A DNA stretch of 50,759 bases from a virus (taxonomy: Duplodnaviria; Caudoviricetes): IMG/VR virus record IMGVR_UViG_3300048839_000441, positions 1 to 50,759 of that record, one strand, 5' to 3'. Shown here piece after piece: positions 45,131 through 50,759 of the stretch; the first letter of the stretch is position 1, and every line of letters starts with the position of its first letter. The position numbers were made by a program, and so were the translations under genes. The notes under the pieces are model-generated. The model was not told the origin of the DNA. It saw only the letters and a list, made by a program, of their open reading frames with translations, and did not search any database.

Positions 45131-45479
45131 AGATGCTGTATTTTACCCTGCCGTCCTCTCTCAGTTCTCTCAGGCGGCGGAGAATGGTTCCATCCATCAA
45201 ATACTCACGGCCTGTAATTCTTCTGACTGAGCGCACCAAATCCAGCACACTGAAGATATCCCGCTGCTGGTTAAACGCTAATCGTGTGGCCTCGTAAACG
45301 GTGACATTGCCGACGGTTTTGATCTCGTTGAATCCGTAAATCGTGAATCCTGGTCCGCCGTCGAAGTAAACAGCTATTCCGGCAGCCTGTTCAGGATAGT
45401 TTGCACTGGCAATGACTTCTGCTATCCCCTCTCGGCCCTCGTTTAGGTCGCCCTGTTTGGTGATTTTTACACGTTGCAT
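45093..45479 (-). CDS. Protein with C-terminal winged-HTH-like domain, first early gene
   Basis: DGTILRRLRELREDG; start at MQRVK, after the promoter at 45504. Confidence 0.55.
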   Translation of the reverse strand: MQRVKITKQGDLNEGREGIAEVIASANYPEQAAGIAVYFDGGPGFTIYGFNEIKTVGNVTVYEATRLAFNQQRDIFSVLDLVRSVRRITGREYLMDGTILRRLRELREDGRVKYSIFDYTTAKYKKNA

Positions 45480-45503
45480 AGTTTGTAGGTTTAAATTATA
45501 GGT

Positions 45504-45552
45504 GCAATTTACGAATAAAAAAACGGCCCAAACAATGATTTTCGTCATGTTT
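45504..45552 (-). promoter_or_regulatory. Promoter TAAATTGC plus operator CAATGATTTTCGTCATGTTT
   Basis: Third copy of the promoter/operator unit. Confidence 0.65.
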
Positions 45553-45577
45553 AACGTAATAAATTACGCATTTCGTC

Positions 45578-45609
45578 AAAAAAAGAGGGGCCACCCTGAA
45601 TGACCCCTC
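45578..45609 (-). terminator. Terminator ending the late/lysis region
   Basis: GAGGGGTCA-loop-TGGCCCCTC-TTTTTTT. Confidence 0.8.
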
Positions 45610-45682
45610 GACAATTAACCCTAACCTGAACATGAAAAAACCTACTCTACAAAGATAACATATTTTGACGAAAACTGACAAC

Positions 45683-47362
45683 CTATTTTAAAAATCCACT
45701 GCCTGATTTCATAAATTTATTTCCTGACTTCTTAAATGCCTCCCCTGCCGGTGGCGGAGCAATAGACGCATGTTCATAAGCTCCAATGTCAGGTACAACA
45801 TTTTGCGGCACGAAATTACCCAGATAATCAGCACTTAACCCTACGTTTGTCCCCTCATCAATGCACGGTGATGAAGCCTGCAAACTAAAATCAGTTGACG
45901 AAGTAAATAGCGGATCAGTCGTTATGTTCCCACTCTCGATAAGATTTGTAAAACTCACACCCCCATCATAATAAATTGCCGTGCTGGTGTTGCCATAAAA
46001 GTTATTGGTAGAGATATTTGCGCTGTCAATAGTAGGTGTGCCTCCGTTAAGTGTAAACCGAATAGGACGTCCAAACCCCCCATAGATAATATTATTCTTT
46101 AAATTCAGGACATCAATATCACCCCAACAACTTACTAAAATACCCGAGTAAGAGGGTTGCCCAGCATCCATAACGTTGTTCTGTATGTCAATCTCCCGCA
46201 TTGGTGTGGGGTCGGTGTCGGCCCAATTCGACTGTATAAGTATTGCGTTTGAATATGCGTTTGTCGTGTTACCGACATTTTCAAAAATATTGTAATTAAT
46301 TTTTATCCGTGCTGCAGATGTATATGTGTTGTTTATTTTAATTGCTGTGCGGGAGTTGTTAAAGTGACACCGGGTAACTGTTATGTCATTCTCAAGGTCA
46401 AAACTTTCAAAGTCAAGATATGGCTCATCATGAGTAGTGGATGCAGGAGAAGATGTTGTGGAAAACGTGCAGTCCTCTATTATTGCCCCATAATTATAAG
46501 TACCCTTAACAACCCCTGACACATCCATGCATGCAGCTCCGTTAAATGTGCACTCATGTATATATAGGCCTCCGTGCGAAAAATGAAGCTCGGCAAAGAA
46601 ATTCCACTCAGTGCCGTTATCGTTATCCTTCGTAAATGTTACGCTGTCGATTTCTAAGCCATAATTTTGATACCCCCCCCAAAGGTTTCTATTTTGGCCA
46701 CTACCCCTGTCATCATTATATTGCGTTATACTACCACGCTGCCATAAAAAACCGCTCTGTCCGCTTAGTCTTACGTTTCCCGTTTCTCCCGATCCGGTGT
46801 ATTGTGTACAGTTATCAAACGTGCAATTAATGAGTTTATTTCCTGTGGGTAGCGTATTGGTTGGCGTTGCGTTCCATGCCCCGGTAGTGCCCAGCCACCT
46901 GACGCCGTTATAAAGAAAGTCCTTGAAGTCGCAGTCCTCAATAGTGACGTTTGACCGATAATAAACATCTATAGCCCTCAATGCCGTTGTGCCGTTACCG
47001 TCAAATGTCAGACCGGATACATGCTGATTCCCGTTCTGCGCATTGCCCGCTGCGGAGACGACTCTTAAAATGGGATTAAGTGTTGTACTTGAGGTAATGA
47101 TACACGTTGACTTATCCGTCCCTTCAATGCTCACCCCCAAAGAAAGTTCCGACTGAGCAGTTTCCGTGTACGTGCCGGGGTAAACGTGGATGATATCGCC
47201 CGAAGTAGTTACCTGCGTACAGGCGTATGCCAATGTCTGCCACGGATCATCAAAGGCTCCGGTACCTCCATTACTTCCGGCAGGATCAATATAATACGTC
47301 GTCTGCCCGAAGGTAGTAACAGAGAAAAGTAATCCTATGATTATATTTCTCAGTAGAACCAT
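45683..47362 (-). CDS. Secreted right-handed beta-helix (pectin-lyase-like) protein, depolymerase/adhesin candidate
   Basis: Signal peptide ending TFG-Q; YYIDPAGSN...DPWQTL...GDIIHVYPGTY; IEDCxF repeats; DPLF...LQASSPCID.G...PDIGAYE. Confidence 0.8.
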   Translation of the reverse strand: MVLLRNIIIGLLFSVTTFGQTTYYIDPAGSNGGTGAFDDPWQTLAYACTQVTTSGDIIHVYPGTYTETAQSELSLGVSIEGTDKSTCIITSSTTLNPILRVVSAAGNAQNGNQHVSGLTFDGNGTTALRAIDVYYRSNVTIEDCDFKDFLYNGVRWLGTTGAWNATPTNTLPTGNKLINCTFDNCTQYTGSGETGNVRLSGQSGFLWQRGSITQYNDDRGSGQNRNLWGGYQNYGLEIDSVTFTKDNDNGTEWNFFAELHFSHGGLYIHECTFNGAACMDVSGVVKGTYNYGAIIEDCTFSTTSSPASTTHDEPYLDFESFDLENDITVTRCHFNNSRTAIKINNTYTSAARIKINYNIFENVGNTTNAYSNAILIQSNWADTDPTPMREIDIQNNVMDAGQPSYSGILVSCWGDIDVLNLKNNIIYGGFGRPIRFTLNGGTPTIDSANISTNNFYGNTSTAIYYDGGVSFTNLIESGNITTDPLFTSSTDFSLQASSPCIDEGTNVGLSADYLGNFVPQNVVPDIGAYEHASIAPPPAGEAFKKSGNKFMKSGSGFLK

Positions 47363-48321
47363 ATTGAAGGTGTATTTGTATAATGCGTAACATCCCCGGC
47401 CGTCTCAGTTGCGGGTAAGGTTGTCTGTGCACCCACATAACCGGCTATTTTATTACCCGTACTCAGTAGGAAATTAGCCGAAGCCCAGGGGTCGCAGGCA
47501 TAAATTGATGGCGCTGTTGTTTGAGCCGAGGAATTATAGACCATTGCAAAGTAGTATATGCCGGGAACAGCCGTGTAGGGAGAAGTAAAGGCCTTTGTCC
47601 CCACGCTCAGGGCAGTGGTTTTCCATATATTTCCATCATCGGCAGATACTGCCACCTGTGTATATGTTGTACCGGATACAGAGTACAGCGCCACTCCGTT
47701 AAAGTTATCTGCAGTATATACCCCGGCCGTAGCAAGCACGAACCTCACTCCGGTAAATACCGTTGTGTCCCTTACCTGTATTACACAATAGTAGGCCCGC
47801 CCGTCTGCCATGGCAAAGTCGGCGGGGAACATCCGGGTATTACGCATATATGGCAAGGCCACAATGTCAGCACCCATTGATTGTAGAAGATCAACGAAGT
47901 CATCATTGCCGGTGTAGTTGTCATATTCGGCAAGTGACACACCCTCCGTTGCCGCCGCCAGCCTCGCAGCCAAGCTATCTGCTATCATCTGCATCACTTC
48001 TCCGTTACGGGCATAGTTGCCAAGCATTGAGGTGGTATCGTTTACGTCGAGATGGATATTCAGACTATCGCCCAAATGAAGTAAGAAATTAATGTCAGCC
48101 GCAGAGAGGTTATCCCATCCTATTGTATTGGCATGCTTGACAAAAACGTTCAGTTTTAAAAACGCCGTTCTTATGGGATCGCCAGTGCCGTCATTTGCAG
48201 TTGTGCCAACGTTCACAGTGTCGAAATCCCTCGACGTTCCGCTGTATATCTTCCGGTTGCATGATGATAAGATTATTATCAAAATGCCCGCACACATCAA
48301 AAAGGTAATTATCTTTTTCAT
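47350..48321 (-). CDS. Lipoprotein-signal protein with a baseplate/fibre-type N-terminal motif
   Basis: LSSC lipobox; VNVGTTANDGTGDPIRTAFLKLN; beta-rich C-terminal domain. Confidence 0.65.
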   Translation of the reverse strand: MKKIITFLMCAGILIIILSSCNRKIYSGTSRDFDTVNVGTTANDGTGDPIRTAFLKLNVFVKHANTIGWDNLSAADINFLLHLGDSLNIHLDVNDTTSMLGNYARNGEVMQMIADSLAARLAAATEGVSLAEYDNYTGNDDFVDLLQSMGADIVALPYMRNTRMFPADFAMADGRAYYCVIQVRDTTVFTGVRFVLATAGVYTADNFNGVALYSVSGTTYTQVAVSADDGNIWKTTALSVGTKAFTSPYTAVPGIYYFAMVYNSSAQTTAPSIYACDPWASANFLLSTGNKIAGYVGAQTTLPATETAGDVTHYTNTPSIWFY

Positions 48322-48761
48322 TCGTCGTAAATTTCAATCCAAACTTCCTCACCTTTCCTTTCGGATTCAATTATCTTTGAGTTTACCACATCACTCCACG
48401 CCCGGGAATTAACTAACTTGCCCCTGATGGTATTTTCCCCTACTCCGATGCAAGCCTTCGTTTGTGTTACGTCATTCAAGGGGTGTATCATTACGCCCGT
48501 AAAGCCCGGCACATCCTGAAGATACGGCATAAGCCGGTTGAAAGTTGGACTGTGAACCATCTTAATCCGGTACGAACCCGCAGGAATAGCCGTGTTGCCG
48601 TAAACTTTGCCCTCTCCTTCGTCATTAAAATCACCGTCGCCGTTAATATCCAATAGTTTTCTTACAGGCGGTTCTAACGAATCGCAATGAGTATCTGCAA
48701 AAAATAACCGGCCTATCGTGTAGGTAATATCTTTTATTTTTCTATAGAGCCTTAATTTCAT
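48318..48761 (-). CDS. DUF5675 family putative endolysin
   Basis: YTIGRL...LE...TAIPAGSY...VPGFTGVMIH...ACIGVG; near holin-like genes. Confidence 0.75.
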   Translation of the reverse strand: MKLRLYRKIKDITYTIGRLFFADTHCDSLEPPVRKLLDINGDGDFNDEGEGKVYGNTAIPAGSYRIKMVHSPTFNRLMPYLQDVPGFTGVMIHPLNDVTQTKACIGVGENTIRGKLVNSRAWSDVVNSKIIESERKGEEVWIEIYDE

Positions 48762-49078
48762 TTCAGAAATATTGCAATAAACGCAGCCGCCACGCCGCCA
48801 ATGCCAATAATAACGCTAACCGTCTGCCACCAGTTAGCAGATGACTTTTCTTTTACCTTCTCGCACGCCTGCACTTCGGTTCTGAAAATCTGCAACGCAT
48901 GAATGCTGGTCAATAAATTTTTTACATCGTTTTTCATATCAGAAACATCGTCCTGCATCGTTTTTTGATTCTGCAAAATAGATGCAACATGTTGAACAAG
49001 TCCGTCCTCTCCATTACCGAAAACAGCCTTGCTCAATCTATCAATCTCTTTTTCCTTCGTGCAGGCGTGCGGAGGCAT
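48758..49078 (-). CDS. Coiled coil plus C-terminal TM protein (lysis accessory)
   Basis: FGNGEDGL, heptad repeats, C-terminal hydrophobic helix. Confidence 0.55.
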   Translation of the reverse strand: MPPHACTKEKEIDRLSKAVFGNGEDGLVQHVASILQNQKTMQDDVSDMKNDVKNLLTSIHALQIFRTEVQACEKVKEKSSANWWQTVSVIIGIGGVAAAFIAIFLK

Positions 49079-49081
49079 AGG

Positions 49082-49549
49082 TCAAAAAGTATGTGAAATT
49101 CCCCAGAGAATAAAGTAATTGGCCTTAAATGGACTATCTTTCACGAAGTCGTACCCGAAGCCAATTGAAGGTGAAAGACCGTAGAGGTCGAAAGCACTGG
49201 CCGAGAGTATCAATCCCATATTAGGCCGTTCAATAGTCGCTAAGCTCAGTTGTGCTGCAAAGGAATACACATTGTAAGGCTGGTCATTGATGAGCTTATA
49301 CAGGCTGTATGATGCACCGAACCCCACACGCGAGGCGAAGGACACATCAAAGCTCGAAAACTTGCCGTCAACAAAAACAGGTTTAATCACGTTCCCTGCA
49401 ATAGTAAATTCAGGCCGGATCAGGAAAGTCCCTGTCAATGCTTTTTCACCGCTCTTTAACTGATCTGCTGTTACCGGAGTGAAAAAAGACTGTGCGCTGG
49501 CCCCTGCTACAAGTGCCACAAGCGCAAAAATCAGGAGTAGTTTTTTCAT
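49082..49549 (-). CDS. Secreted outer-membrane beta-barrel-like protein
   Basis: MKKLLLIFALVALVAGASA-Q signal (ATGA-coupled start); amphipathic strands; ends WGISHTF. Confidence 0.6.
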   Translation of the reverse strand: MKKLLLIFALVALVAGASAQSFFTPVTADQLKSGEKALTGTFLIRPEFTIAGNVIKPVFVDGKFSSFDVSFASRVGFGASYSLYKLINDQPYNVYSFAAQLSLATIERPNMGLILSASAFDLYGLSPSIGFGYDFVKDSPFKANYFILWGISHTF

Positions 49550-49773
49550 GCGTCCTTCGCTTTGAACATCAAGATGATTGAAGTCACAGCGCCCCAAATA
49601 AGCGCACCGGCCTCAACAACGGTAACAGCATGACCCTGAAGTTCGGCCTGCTGGTCAAGAGTAATAACCCCTGAAGCTCCAAGTATAGTCACCACAAGGG
49701 TAACAATCCCGGTAATGGTAGTCACAAGGTTCCGGGTAGGAACCGCTTTGTCGTAAAATGCTTTTGCACTCAT
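49546..49773 (-). CDS. Holin-like two-TM protein
   Basis: 75 aa, two TMs, charged C-terminus; TATATTTG box at 49808-49815. Confidence 0.65.
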   Translation of the reverse strand: MSAKAFYDKAVPTRNLVTTITGIVTLVVTILGASGVITLDQQAELQGHAVTVVEAGALIWGAVTSIILMFKAKDA

Positions 49774-49817
49774 AATTGATATTTTTGTTAAACCTTAAAA
49801 AGTCAGTCAAATATATA

Positions 49818-50609
49818 CTATAAAACTATTTTCTGCAAACAAGCGTTAATTTTATCATCAGAAACAAACCTGTCAAAATATAATCCCTCGTCCCTCCCGT
49901 CGGCTTCATCGCCTGATTTGTCGGCCTGCCACGAACCATGAGATGAGTTGTGAACTATTAATGTAGGCCCCTGTCCTATGATGCGTTCCTGAAGGAATTC
50001 CGGCCCCTCAATCGTTGGTATCTGATCCAGGTCAGCAGAAGGAAGATAAAGTTTAATTGAGTTAAACCACTCTTTCCACGTCATGCCCTGTTTCAAAGTC
50101 TTATAGGCATAATAAGAAAAAGCCCCTACATATTGACCACCGATTTGTACATCGGCAGCGGTTTGATGTTCTGAAGCTGCACTAATTGCAATCCATTTCA
50201 TCAACTCCGCACGGGCAACCTTTCTTACAGGCCCTGAAGGTTCTTTTATCTCCGGTCCAATAAACCGTTTTTTTATGTACTTTGGATTACCCATAAAATT
50301 ACGAGTTGCTGTGCCTGAGTAACAACTATCCATTATCATCACTACGGTTGATCCCGGAAGCAGTAAAGCAATAGATTGTTCAAGTGCTGTTAGGTAATTA
50401 CTCTCTGTAACGTCGTAATCCAGGTATCGGTGAATAGTCAGGCCCGGAATCGCTTTCCCGAAAGCCCCTATCATGTTATTGCTGTCATTGACACATCCCC
50501 TGAGATCATTGCCACCGCCGTAAAGATTGCGCCCAAAGGTCATAAAACGATGTTCAACGTAACCGGTTATCGGTTGTATCGGATATTTCTTTTTGAAACA
50601 CATAGTCAC
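49818..50609 (-). CDS. Caspase/metacaspase-family (C14) peptidase with permuted motif order
   Basis: LRGCVND, DSCYSG, QTAAD, GAFS, QIPTI, then SHG...GDEADGRDE at the C-terminus. Confidence 0.8.
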   Translation of the reverse strand: MTMCFKKKYPIQPITGYVEHRFMTFGRNLYGGGNDLRGCVNDSNNMIGAFGKAIPGLTIHRYLDYDVTESNYLTALEQSIALLLPGSTVVMIMDSCYSGTATRNFMGNPKYIKKRFIGPEIKEPSGPVRKVARAELMKWIAISAASEHQTAADVQIGGQYVGAFSYYAYKTLKQGMTWKEWFNSIKLYLPSADLDQIPTIEGPEFLQERIIGQGPTLIVHNSSHGSWQADKSGDEADGRDEGLYFDRFVSDDKINACLQKIVL

Positions 50610-50759
50610 AGTTTTGAGAATAAGATTACAATAGCTATAATTATCCCGACACTTAAAACAGTCAGGCAGTACATCCAGAATTCAATTCTGCGGAATCGTT
50701 TAACGGCTTTCTTTACAAGTTCTGCGGCAGTTATAGCGTGGTCACAGTCGATTTTATTT
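50606..50759 (-). CDS. 52-aa TM protein spanning the circular junction (ATG at 132)
   Basis: MRNKIDCDHAITAAELVKKAVKRFRRIEFWMYCLTVLSVGIIIAIVILFSKL; its stop overlaps the GTG at 50609. Confidence 0.65.
   Translation of the reverse strand, partial: NKIDCDHAITAAELVKKAVKRFRRIEFWMYCLTVLSVGIIIAIVILFSKL
50633..50759. repeat. Terminal direct repeat, copy 2
   Basis: Identical to 1-127. Confidence 0.95.

Noticed and set aside
45496-45681. 61-aa ORF in the ORF track
   Set aside because: It runs through a promoter, a terminator hairpin and an operator, so the region is more plausibly regulatory.
1182-48656. Plus-strand ORFs in the six-frame track
   Set aside because: They lie antisense to well-supported, tightly coupled minus-strand genes and show no recognisable motifs.

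Overview
A complete circular tailed-phage genome of about 50,632 bp. Bases 1-127 repeat exactly at 50633-50759, and a small ORF reads across the join. Essentially all credible genes are on the minus strand. Repeated TAnnTTTG promoter boxes, ATGA/TAATG gene coupling and a DUF5675 lysin point to a Bacteroidota host. In transcription order (right to left) the modules are: metacaspase-like protease, lysis and secreted proteins (50.6-45.7 kb); early, recombination and replication genes (45.5-34 kb); small accessory genes (34-28 kb); glycosyltransferases around terminase and portal (28-18 kb); head genes; tail genes with a -1 frameshift chaperone and tape measure; and an FN3-LamG-deacetylase tail protein. 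No integrase or repressor was recognised. The standout is a self-contained operon at 15668-17110, inserted among head genes. It has a promoter, a C4/CI-like structured leader, a stand-alone Cas7/RAMP-like gene, a coupled partner gene, a non-coding array of GGY-NN pentamers in three GGCAG-delimited units, and a terminator. It is a candidate RNA-guided system with a non-contiguous guide code. Also notable: a second covarying copy of the leader RNA, an internally permuted metacaspase, a G7-frameshifted adenine methylase, a 9-proline leader peptide and a shared operator at three promoters. Product calls come from motif recognition by eye; no database searches were run.
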